Program-made: the position numbers and the translations under genes | The notes under the pieces: model-generated | Databases searched by the model: none | The model's input: only the letters and a program-made list of their open reading frames with translations | What the model was told of the DNA's origin: nothing | Shown here: positions 23,749 to 32,366 of the stretch, piece after piece | Layout: every line of letters begins with the position of its first letter | How positions within the stretch are numbered: position 1 is the first letter of the stretch | NCBI GenBank assembly: GCA_002633005.1 | Contig: NMRA01000001.1 | Coordinates: 1,459,755 to 1,523,754, forward strand | Length of the DNA: 64,000 nt | Direction of reading: 5' to 3' | DNA from: Phoronis australis | Taxonomy: Eukaryota; Animalia; Phoronida

Positions 23749-24846
23749 TTGNTCACGTTCCACTCACAAGGTATTTTAAAAAGTTGATTTTTGGTCAAGC
23801 GTTTCTCGTTTAGGCGGATGCGTCTAAATCCAGATTTTAGCGCACAGGAGTATGTAGGAACATTCACAAATGCAAGCGTAGCCATATCCTGGCAGCCTGA
23901 AACTGAGGATTGCTTTATCGAGTAACCGTGGGTTTTACGGATTTAGGAAAACGAGGCAGACATTGTAAACATTAAGCATTTTACACTTTCATCTAGCATC
24001 AATGTGCAATAGGCACTCCATTGCGCGCGTCGAAACACAAAACTCTGTAAAGATAAGTTGTATTTGATTTCCAGATATTGATGAAAAGGAAGCTTGGATA
24101 ATCTCGGCCAGCCTCTCTTTGATCTCATTTTATTTGGTCTCATCACGGTAGATATGGACATCTGTTTTAAAGGAGTCCAGTATAGAAATAACTTTGTATT
24201 TGTTGAAGCGTCAATGAATCTGCGTTCCGTCCAAGAATTGAGCTTTTGTTTCACACCTCTAAGTTCTGTAATATTGGTCTTAGCTTGTTCCATACTCAGA
24301 CGAGAAGGAATCAATGGGTTTGCAAAAAACTGTCAGTTCGCTATTCCTTGAGACCGTGTTCGGCGTATAATGTGACACGCCGCAACAAGCCAACTTGTAA
24401 AAGCTGGTCTCAATCAATAACAACCTGTCAGTTGTTTTTTAAGCCCTGAAATAGCCCGCACTTTGACAAAGGAACAACTTGGGTCCAATTTCCTAACGGT
24501 AAATAGTCTAAATCAAAAGTAGGTTTTGTGATGTCAGGCGGGTTTATATGACCGATGAGGCCTATAGTTGGCATAGTCGTCTGCAAGGTCTTTAAACTGT
24601 ATTTGAACATAACTCCGAAATAACGTCCGGTGAGAAAAGCAGCGATCAGAAACAAATGATATGCAGCTTTCCCTTATAGGATATTTAGATTCGATTCATT
24701 GAATTTCCTCACAGGAATGTCTTGTTAGCAAAACTCAAAAGGTTTATCTATTAAAAACACTTACCGAAAGTCCATGGAATTCGACACCAACAACTAGCAA
24801 AAAGAACGGCCACCGCAGTAGGCAGAGTTACTTGCAATTGTGGCAT
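259..24846 (-). CDS. Secreted reprolysin/M12B (ADAMTS-like) zinc metalloprotease; 8 exons in window, 3' end beyond the left edge
   Basis: Exons 24846-24765, 23171-23023, 21350-21279, 19858-19716, 14066-13893, 10853-10728, 9891-9759 and 375-259 have GT..AG introns with matching phases (1,0,0,2,2,2,0). They join into one ORF: MPQLQVTLPTAVAVLFASCWCRIPWTFASGDDHVVRR-AITALVTVEVLAVVD...KHDVALLHTAYDIC...GWAYIGTAC...MVEDDGSFAGIISASHELAHTLGANHD...GYIMG...FSKCS...PGEFLSADGQC...ICAKLAC...AADGTQCG. This gives an HExxHxxGxxHD motif, a Met-turn and an ADAMTS-type disintegrin-like/Cys-rich module. Confidence 0.92.
700..4352 (+). mobile_element. Decayed non-LTR retrotransposon (LINE, RTE-X-like), antisense inside the last visible protease intron
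   Basis: ORF1 relic from ~766 with coiled coil and DDLENWSKRDNIVIHGMKE (L1-type RRM). APE endonuclease relic (CDIIGFIES; GDFNAR). RT relic (KSPGEDGIPDEFYK; YKKGDKFNPNNYRGI; EEQAGFR; AFVDFSKAFDSV; GVRQGC). C-terminal FRCSGHSLNIEKGR..CxxC..EDETHFMCRCP zinc knuckle, stop at 4254, then an (ATT)n/(GTT)n tail. Many stops, frameshifts and an internal deletion; 5' limit approximate. Confidence 0.9.
5195..5870. repeat. Degenerate tandem repeat (roughly 150-bp units) interrupted by the MITE
   Basis: The motif aattaaggccgtcatta..caaaattcta..tgct.ataac recurs at ~5205, ~5365, ~5405 (resuming at ~5690) and ~5810. Confidence 0.55.
5420..5689. mobile_element. MITE with CAyG.GCGCACCCAG TIRs and 5-bp ATTAT target duplication
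   Basis: CACGGGCGCACCCAG ... CTGGGTGCGCGCATG, flanked on both sides by ATTAT. Related partial copies at ~19370-19580 and ~41660-41900. Confidence 0.75.
6028..7197 (+). mobile_element. Non-autonomous ISL2EU-like DNA transposon with THAP relic
   Basis: AT|AGGTCTTTTGCGAGTTT ... AAACTCGCAAGTGAGCT|AT termini. Inverted subterminal TGTGACGTCAC.GGAA.G.GGGCAAAA. Decayed THAP start KHCCYGK*TSDSHY at ~6189-6238. Confidence 0.7.
7332..7658 (+). mobile_element. CAGTGGCGGA-type MITE plus shared 3' flank (dispersed composite repeat)
   Basis: CAGTAGCGGA...GGATCCGCCCCTG and the following ~200 bp are repeated at 49479-49820. MITE-only copy at 51657-51783; a relative at ~40742-40951. Confidence 0.75.
9759..9891 (-). 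CDS. Metalloprotease exon 7 (start of disintegrin-like/Cys-rich domain)
   Basis: ttgcag|RPASSCLFSGNGVTIKADTLFPGEFLSADGQCEMRLGKGSKSCW|GTAAAA; matches the ADAMTS PGxxxxADxQC pattern. Confidence 0.92.
10244..10402 (+). mobile_element. ~155-bp MITE (PIF/Harbinger-like termini)
   Basis: GGCGTTCGTTCAGTAA ... TTACTGAACGGGAGGCC; second copy in opposite orientation at 15414-15564. Confidence 0.7.
10728..10853 (-). CDS. Metalloprotease exon 6 (third His and Met-turn)
   Basis: tag|LGANHDTGSCPSTDGYIMGDRLGANGHYFSKCSISEMQAFI|GTAAGT. Confidence 0.95.
12320..13181. mobile_element. Palindromic non-autonomous DNA element (possibly Crypton-type) carrying a tRNA-like cassette
   Basis: ~160-bp near-perfect hairpin at 12320-12481. 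Inverted ATTTATACCACA (12481-12492) / TGTGGTATAAAT (13170-13181). Internal palindrome GTTATCTCACTAGTGAGATAAC. Family assignment is inference. Confidence 0.55.
13020..13090 (+). pseudogene. tRNA-derived sequence / SINE head with Pol III A and B boxes
   Basis: A box TGGTGTAGTGG (13027-13037) and B box GGTTCGACTCC (13070-13080) at tRNA-like spacing. Acceptor and anticodon stems pair poorly, so not a functional tRNA. Confidence 0.7.
13176..13744 (+). repeat. ~570-bp dispersed direct repeat, copy 1
   Basis: Colinear with 19903-20507, from ataaatacacaaaacg to gatcgaaccggct..gacgtc..gtcgac. Confidence 0.85.
13893..14066 (-). CDS. Metalloprotease exon 5 (HELAH zinc-binding helix)
   Basis: cag|YDICTGTPTCYNTVTGWAYIGTACAQADYRGFMWNCGMVEDDGSFAGIISASHELAH|GTGAGT. 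Confidence 0.95.
15414..15564 (-). mobile_element. Second copy of the ~155-bp MITE
   Basis: Reverse-complement similarity to 10244-10402 along its whole length. Confidence 0.7.
15629..17116 (+). mobile_element. ISL2EU-like THAP-domain DNA transposon derivative spanning the assembly gap
   Basis: Perfect 15-bp TIRs AGCGGATTTGCAGCG / CGCTGCAAATCCGCT with AT on both sides. ORF from 15735, MSAKKTYGGYTCVPGCFKNNKTDKNLSFYV, is a THAP N-terminus. After the gap, DHSY (HCF-1-binding motif, 16901-16912) and the start of a coiled coil. Confidence 0.8.
15825..16747. other. Assembly gap (N run)
   Basis: Run of n; the poly-X ORFs in the track are artefacts of it. Confidence 1.
19716..19858 (-). CDS. Metalloprotease exon 4
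   Basis: tttttag|SEDDCSFLRNNLNGLSVSGESTLKSLRRWLYTRRSSLPKHDVALLHT|GTAAG; contains the HDxAxLxT motif. Confidence 0.92.
19903..20507 (+). repeat. ~600-bp dispersed direct repeat, copy 2
   Basis: Colinear with 13176-13744, with small indels. Confidence 0.85.
20620..20927. repeat. Imperfect (GAT/GAC)n trinucleotide microsatellite
   Basis: GAT/GAC/GAA run inside protease intron 3. Confidence 0.9.
21279..21350 (-). CDS. Metalloprotease exon 3
   Basis: ag|VNLRYKTIQDFDISVTLTGIYYCS|GTAAGT, phase 0-0, a typical reprolysin VNxxY...IxVxLxxI segment. Confidence 0.9.
23023..23171 (-). CDS. Metalloprotease exon 2 (dibasic site and start of catalytic domain)
   Basis: Acceptor tttattctgcag|. Reads SGDDHVVRRAITALVTVEVLAVVDYQLGEKLKTRGDEWSRQYIANFYNG, then |GTAGGT donor. 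Confidence 0.88.
23706..23751. repeat. (GT)n microsatellite
   Basis: Seen directly; followed by an N. Confidence 0.95.
24765..24846 (-). CDS. Metalloprotease exon 1 (signal peptide)
   Basis: ATG at 24846 reads MPQLQVTLPTAVAVLFASCWCRIPWTF, a hydrophobic N-terminus. Strong G|GTAAGT donor; phase 1 fits exon 2. Confidence 0.7.
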
Positions 24847-24894
24847 TTCGGCTCAGAGACTAGTCAGAGACTATCAGGTTTTTGCGTCCAACTT

Positions 24895-24925
24895 CGTCTT
24901 ATAAGTTCTCGCGTTGTCACGTGAA
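24895..24925 (-). promoter_or_regulatory. Possible core promoter of the metalloprotease (TATA-like element and E-box)
   Basis: TTATAAG about 50-60 nt upstream of the ATG on the minus strand, and a CACGTG E-box at about 24918-24923. Motif match only. Confidence 0.25.
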
Positions 24926-26213
24926 GTTGAATTGACATTGTCAGATAGATTGGAGTACCTATATTTGACCCAGTGATCAGGGAACCACCCATGTGCGTAT
25001 CAAACGAACGGTTTTAGCATATTTATATAGATGAAGTACACGCACTTCAAGCTGAGATAAAGAGTTATCATTCTGAGAGCTGGCAACGAAGAAAACAAAG
25101 TTCTTGTCGCTTCCTGCAAAACACCTGCGGTCTATTTTATATCCGATGTGCAGAGAGATTTTATGCGCGTTCTTCGACCCCAGATCTTATTTCTTTTCAC
25201 TTCAGCTGGTTCTTTTACTCTAACAGGAATTATCCATAATTTTGGGGAGAATACTAATGGACCAAATTTTGCAATGTTGACGTAGGAGTGACTGCAATAA
25301 TTGCATGGTGAATTTGTACAAACCGGTCAATAGGTGTCACTCCGGACTATTATTTTCGCCTGAACTGCTGCATCTTATATCCATACCTAGTATGGTCCCC
25401 AAGGAATAACTAATAAACACGATTTAAAAACCGCAGTTCTTTACCAAAATTTCAGGGTATGAACGTAAATATATATATACTACGGAAACCTTTGGATTTG
25501 TGAAGAAATCGCATATGACAAGTTGTGAAACAAAAACGTAAGCTGGGCCAACAACAAAAACAAGAGAGACATCTAATGTGCGTAGGGAGACAAAGTCGGC
25601 TGCGTCAACAACACGAACGCTGATCTTGGGTGGTACTGGTGTGAAGTTTTAATGCTCATTAAATAGCGTATGTAAATTACCTTGCTTCAAGACTGGTATT
25701 CACTGAGTCCTCTGTGGTCCACTAACTGAATTTGAAATTTTGTATAAGGGTCCATTTCACGAGAGAATTCTATGTTGATATTTGTGTAAATTTATGAATC
25801 AAGCCAAAGCCGAACCATAGATTGAAAACGATTTATAACTAGTTTTGGTGTCTTTAACTCCTTACGCATATTCATGCATCACGAAACCTGAGATACGGTC
25901 TTTCTGAAGTTGTAGATAGTGATCTGACTCAAATTCGGGTAATCTCAATTCTTTTCATAATAAAAACGTGACTCCGGTGGAGAATCGCAAATGTCACCAT
26001 CTTCAACTTTCGAACTCGGGATTAACTAATTTAAGAAACTTTGGTCGGGCGAAATCCTAGCCGATGCGCTTTGTGGTTAAAAATTTCCAAGCTCATTGAA
26101 TTATTGTAGAATGAGCTCCTAGCTAACAATACAGGAAACGCTTACATGCGCCCTTTGCGAGTTGGCAGTTTTAGTGAATAAACTCTGAAGAGTCAATGAT
26201 GGTTTCGGTATTG

Positions 26214-26304
26214 GTCGGATATAACGTGCCCGAATTTTGAGAACCAGTTTCTCCGCTTATGGGCCTCAAACTGGTTTTCAAAATACGGGCACGTTATATC
26301 CGAC
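26214..26304. repeat. Long hairpin / palindromic MITE relic
   Basis: GTCGGATATAACGTGCCCGAATTTTGAGAACCAGTTT - loop - AAACTGGTTTTCAAAATACGGGCACGTTATATCCGAC. Confidence 0.85.
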
Positions 26305-29300
26305 TATTGCCATGGTTTCGAGGTTTTGTTAGAAACCTATCGCAGTAAGGAATACTTTGAGACAGATTTTATAAGAGTAAAAGGTGTTATTCGATTTTCG
26401 CTTTTTAGTACCTTAAAAATTGCGAAATGAACTTGTAGTGATTTGCTCACAAGTTCTTTCACAACTTTTTAAAAACGAAATGATAACCCGCATTCATTCA
26501 ATGCAGATGCAGAATTTGCCGTTGCCCTAATGGAACGCCAATCAACTCAATTCGTTGGCAACTAAGCAAAACCTACATAATGTTATAACTTTTTCCAGTG
26601 GCTAAGAAGTAAAATTCCACCTTCTTCAGAAGAAAGATACCCACGTAGTTCCGAGCACTGTGCTCGACAATATACAGTGTTCACACACAGCAAATGACGA
26701 ATTGCAATGGAATAAAAAAAGTGCACGTGGTTATGTTTCATGGGCAGATTTAGGGCGAAGGGACCACACTTGGCATAAAGCGCATAACATTATTATTTAT
26801 TGACGTGTTAAATTCTGGGTTGAGTTTTAATTTATCAGTAGACTTGTGGCCGAGTTAGTACAACAGAGACGTGATCTATTGCTTTTACTCTTAGTGTGGT
26901 CAATGAGCTAAATACTGGTCCTTCATTCGTCTTATGATGAATTGATTATTGATATGTATTTATAAATAGCGTTTAAGTACCACAGCACTCTAAAAAGCTT
27001 TGCTTGAAAATTTAATTTACTGTTGTCACTAATGGAATTGTCAAGACTGAACTATTGTTGGTATGGTACGAGAATTTTATTGGAGAAGTTATAGCTATTC
27101 AATCTTGCGCAGTTGGCTTCCAGTCATAATTGACCACATTTCATAATTCTACACACCAGATATAATAGGTCTGTGTCACGTGACAGTATTTAATCCTCCA
27201 TTAAGAAGCATTAGCAACACCCCAACATTAAGCCAAAGACGCAAGAGAGTTAAGTATTAAATATTCACAGCGTTTTGTTACAACAAGAGTATTCCCTGAT
27301 CTACTTTTCAGTTACAAATACGCAATCGCTGTGTTGAGGTCGTGACTCGAAGTTTTCATTTATTCATTAGTTCTTGGAATCTCGGGGCATACAGCTGTTA
27401 AGGATCTTCCGACAGCCCAGAGACACGATAATCCTGTCAAGTTTTTCAAGAGGACAATTCTTCGCTTAACTTGTAATCGTGCTTGAAGATACGCAGACAG
27501 GACGCTTTGTGGCCCAGACTGTATTAGGTAAAAACTCTGAACAAGTTTGGCTGCTTCCTTGACTATTTCAACTTAAAATTTCATTTGATTCTATTTTCTG
27601 TCACAATTAGATTAATAAATTCAAAAATTTATCTATTTTGACAACGTCCTATTTTGACAAAACATCGTAATTTAAATTATGAAAACTTGTATATTTTAGT
27701 TGCCATGGTTACTGATTTAGTGTGTTATTACGAAAACATTCTAAGGCCGATTTCTGTAAATTTACAATAACTGGTTTAAGTTACTGAAATCCCTTTTTCA
27801 CTTCTCATTTTCTCTGAATTTCTTAGAATTGAAATAAGACAATATTTTACGAGTTTTCAGAAACTTTTAAATTTTTCACAAACACGTCTATGTTTAATCC
27901 GCAAAATAAGTTTTGACAAAAGTAGGCAGTCTTACGTCGATCATGGCTTTTCTTGGGGCACCGATTAAACTTTCTGCAGTTATTGTTAGATATAAGGACA
28001 CGTGGTTTGGCAGGTTCTTGTAGGAGGATCAACCGCCGATGACATAGGAATTGATTTAGTTGGAATTTTAACCGTCTTGTTCGCCAAGGTCGGTTCCAGC
28101 AACTTTAAGTGATTAAATTTTTGATAAAACAGACCAACGAGAATGGCATAATTTGTTGTGGTCTGGGTTTTTACATAGCCACCTGTTGCCAGATGTGAGG
28201 CCCAAGTTGAACACGAGTCGTGCAAACCATAAACAATTATTTTGGGTCAAAAACGATCCCAAACTTTGACTGTGTATGAATTACGTAACAAAATCTTTGT
28301 ATTTAATCGCCATGGTTACTGCCGACACAAAATAAAGTTGCGTTCCTTACAAAAGTGTTACCAAGGGGTTACGGGCAAAAACTCAGATGTCATTCTGAAC
28401 AACCTCGATTCATATCGTTTCATAAATAAAACAGGATCAAACTGCATACCGTTCATAATAAATTCATTAACGCAGGGAATGGTACGTCGGCGGGGGATTG
28501 GTATTTGGAACGGAGGCGTCAACCGGGGGCGTCTTCGTTCTCTGAGAAACACTCATCGATTCTGAAAATAACTGAACGCAACACCTTTGAGATTTAATTA
28601 TATTATCAAAACATGTCCAAGGTCAGATAATTGAATAGCCAATCACAATGACCATTTGTTGCCCGATTGATTTTTGGCCCTTCACAGTGACCCTATCCAG
28701 CGGTTACATACCAAAGCAGAAGGACTAATTCGATAAACAATGCCATCGATTACTGAGGCCCCGGAGACATCTTACCTCCTGTGGTCGGCTACTTGGACCT
28801 GAGTTGCGTGATTCGAGCAGATGTGTTTAATAATTTAGACGGTCGATCGGGGGAGAGGTAGTCACAGCAGAACTGCAGGGAATTAGTACCATGTAGCTGT
28901 CGGAAAATTGACTACTGTGTTTAATATCACTGGAAAATACGGAAATCTGGTTCTTATAGTCACAAATCCTGATAGTGAGTATTAGAACGTTTGGTTATGT
29001 TTTCAAACATGTGTTTGTTGCTCTTCCCGTATTCTTTTCAGTTCAGTTAGCCTATGCATCTTGTACTTAACGGCAAAAGTTAGTCGTATTAACGAGGACA
29101 CTTTCCGTTGGGGGAATAGAGCCGAAATAGCCTTTGCGTTAAATTTAGGAAGCTAAGTTGGCATTCTTCGGCTTCACGAAATGTGTGTGACGACCCACAC
29201 CCGTGTTGGAAGTCATTTCCCAAGAAGTTTTTGAATTCACAAGACATTGTCGGTGATAGATTGCTCTTACCAGGTCCATAGGTTACACACGCCAGATTAT

Positions 29301-30539
29301 ATCAATGGATGATGGTTAAAATCTTTCATCCTGTTGAAATCCCAGGGAGAAAAATATATCTCTAGTCTATTGAAACAAGTTACATTTTTGTATTAGATAA
29401 GACTATGTTTACGCTCTGTGCCTTATTTGCTATGTTGGTAACATCCACTATAAAACGATGTACATTTCTGTGATCAGTGGCCGGTTTTCTTCTCGATTTG
29501 CTCTCAAAAATGTTTTAGCCGTTCTCTGTGCATCTTGATGAATGTCAAGTAGAGTGACAGCTTGCAGCGTGGCGATGTGTTAACATGGGCTCCTAGTGTA
29601 AAGTATCGGCCAATTGATTCAGTTTCACACAAAATATGTTCAGCCTCAGAGAAGTATCGTAATTTAATGAACTTTGCTAAAAGAGGTGTGGGCATTGTTT
29701 GTCAACTGTTTTTTTTTTCTGGAGTCAATAGATGGTTTTGAAAGCGATATTTGTCAAAAACAGTCCAATGGATAACTCATTCTCATCTTTTTATTGATAT
29801 TGTCACGTTGAACGTTGTATCATCACTAGAAAAACCCTTGATTCGTATAATTGTTTCTACAGTTTAACTACCGCCGCCTTCAACAGTAGAGAGCAATGAC
29901 CATTTCAAGATTTTGTTAACAGTATAACGATTTATTAAATGGTTTATACTAAGTAACAAAAAGTTTTACCAACTTAACCATCAAAATAAGTAAATTGACT
30001 TGTTGATAACTTCAAAACCACAAAATATAAAGTCAAACTAAATATCATTGATTAAATACCATACTGTTTACAAGACAGTGTGAAACGATGAAAATTGCTT
30101 TTGTATTATATTTTATGGTATATAGTTGTTTTAGGGATGTAAAAGCAAAATGGCGTCTCGTATATATTAAAGCAATGACAGAAAGTAATTGCTTATAATC
30201 GTAAATGTTGCCAAAAGTTATCTGTTTGCGAATACAATCAAGCTTGTATGCATATGCGTTTCGTCTGCAGCCCTGCACTACAATCCTTGTTTTTTTCAGA
30301 CACCTTGGAAACACGGCGATTTCGGAACATTACTGGAGACGAAAAGGTCAAACTCATCATAGCGGACGACGGCTTAGTCTGAGTTATACTGGAGGATTGC
30401 TTTTTTACGTTGGATAAGTAATTACAGAACGAGACTGTGATGCGTGAAACTCATTACCAGAATCGATACTCAACAATGACAAGTAGCAAAGGTACAACTG
30501 CTTGTTGACCGATTTTTGGCCTCATTTGTGAACTGTACA

Positions 30540-31892
30540 ATGTTAACTGGGAACATCGGCTTCCCAAACATGTCTCGCGACGACTCTGATTTCAAGCCGG
30601 AGACAACGAATCTGCCTCCTGTTCATTTCAACGGCGGAAGGAGATACTCGCTCCAACAGTCTCTTGTTAGTTCGCATTCTTCCACAACGACGAAGTTTCC
30701 CACTATATCGCAAAGCACGCCACAAAATAGTAGATCACCGAGGATGAGACGTGACGTTTCTAGTCAAAAAGGTCGCGCTGATATTTGCAAGACGCCGAGC
30801 TGCCCCCAGTTGTTTCTGAACGTCTGCTTAGCTCAACAAGATAATAGCGGTAGCTCCTCACCGACTTCAGATAGAAATTCTGTTAAGTTGCCGGACATTT
30901 TCAGTAATGGCGGAACCCCTCGTGGCAATGGTCAGGTACTGGAGAACTCTTCGTATAGAGGTGAATTAGAGGAGCTGTATAATAAAGTTAAACAGTTACA
31001 AAACCGTCACGGTAGCTCAGAATCGAGTGCTTTCTCTTCCTCGCCGTCGCGAGAGAATAGTAATGGTGACGATCGTATGAGGTCGCACACACATCCTGGG
31101 ATTGTACCAGGAACAAAAAGTACTAAGCCATTTTATAGGAGGATAAACTCCCAACCAGCACTTCTTCTGCCAATCAAAGCAAAGGAAGCCAAACCGTCGA
31201 AGAAGAAGCATAGACTAAAGAAACATGCATTGCAATCCAGTATAATCGACCCTACAACGTACAAGCTAGAGAACGATTACGCTGAAATGAAACCGAGTGG
31301 TTCGATTTCCTACGAAGACATTTGTGGATGGCCAATTGCAGACCACGAAGACCTTGACTTGGCTGAACGAATTGAGGGATTTCAAGTTGCTTTTGATTCA
31401 GAAGACGACAGTGACCGCGCGCGCACGCCAAATTCTTTGAACCAAGAAGAGGATATTCGTCTATCCGACGAGGGACAGGATGAAAGTTTTGACGAGACAC
31501 CAGAAACACAGTGGCTTGAACAAAATTTTAAAGCTGAAGAAACAGAAAATGTTGACGGTTCTAATCAGCTGTTGAATGCTGATCCCATTCAAATCGCACT
31601 GGAAGCAATTGCTTACGATTCGACGCAGCAAGCAGACGACAAAGAAGATTTAGTTGAATTTGATGATATAACAAATATTCACAACGGTTACGATGACGGC
31701 GATTATAGCGACAATGCCAGCGCAACGAGTGAGTGTAACGAGAGGGAAGTCGAAGTCAAAATGCAGAATTTTAGTATTGGTGACTGCGACGAAAATGACA
31801 ATGAGCGACTATCAAAACTATCAGATGTTAAATGCAAAGAATGGTTAGACGATATTGATATTCAAGTGGACAATGATGTACACGCTCAATAA
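30540..31892 (+). CDS. Uncharacterised ~450-aa intrinsically disordered protein (Ser/Arg-rich N-half, basic patch, acidic C-half), single coding exon
   Basis: Long uninterrupted ORF in a stop-rich background; first ATG 30540, alternative ATG 30570. Protein-like composition. Candidate acceptor ttttttcag| at 30299 (5'UTR intron) and AATAAA at 31888 and 31923. No domain recognised. Confidence 0.8.
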   Translation: MLTGNIGFPNMSRDDSDFKPETTNLPPVHFNGGRRYSLQQSLVSSHSSTTTKFPTISQSTPQNSRSPRMRRDVSSQKGRADICKTPSCPQLFLNVCLAQQDNSGSSSPTSDRNSVKLPDIFSNGGTPRGNGQVLENSSYRGELEELYNKVKQLQNRHGSSESSAFSSSPSRENSNGDDRMRSHTHPGIVPGTKSTKPFYRRINSQPALLLPIKAKEAKPSKKKHRLKKHALQSSIIDPTTYKLENDYAEMKPSGSISYEDICGWPIADHEDLDLAERIEGFQVAFDSEDDSDRARTPNSLNQEEDIRLSDEGQDESFDETPETQWLEQNFKAEETENVDGSNQLLNADPIQIALEAIAYDSTQQADDKEDLVEFDDITNIHNGYDDGDYSDNASATSECNEREVEVKMQNFSIGDCDENDNERLSKLSDVKCKEWLDDIDIQVDNDVHAQ

Positions 31893-32366
31893 ACTCAATG
31901 TTGTATGTCAGCACATTTAAGAAATAAATGTCTCAAAAATTGTCCTACGTAAGCCTTTAAGAAGCGGATTCGTGTCTTTAAAGTAAGAGCTTGCAATCCG
32001 GTCTTGAGCAATGTCTTCCTGATGTAAATATTGTAAAAAGTTTTAATTTAGCCATAAAATCCACCTTCTGTCAAGCAAACAAATTAGTTCTGGCTTAGAT
32101 AACACCCGAACACCGCCTGTAGTGCCATCTCTAAAATACATCATTTTGGTTCGTGTTGCTTTTTTAACACGACGAGTTAGCTTTTCACGATAAAAATGAA
32201 CTGATTGGGGTTCATTGGTTGGTTGCTTCAACGGAAATACTGGTGACTGCTAACTTGATAAATATTTCGGCTTGACCAAATTAGCACCGCGTGGAACTAA
32301 TGCAGCTGGCCTCAAGTCGGGTTCTTTATTCAGATTTAAAACGATTTCCAGTGTTGTAGTGCTCAG

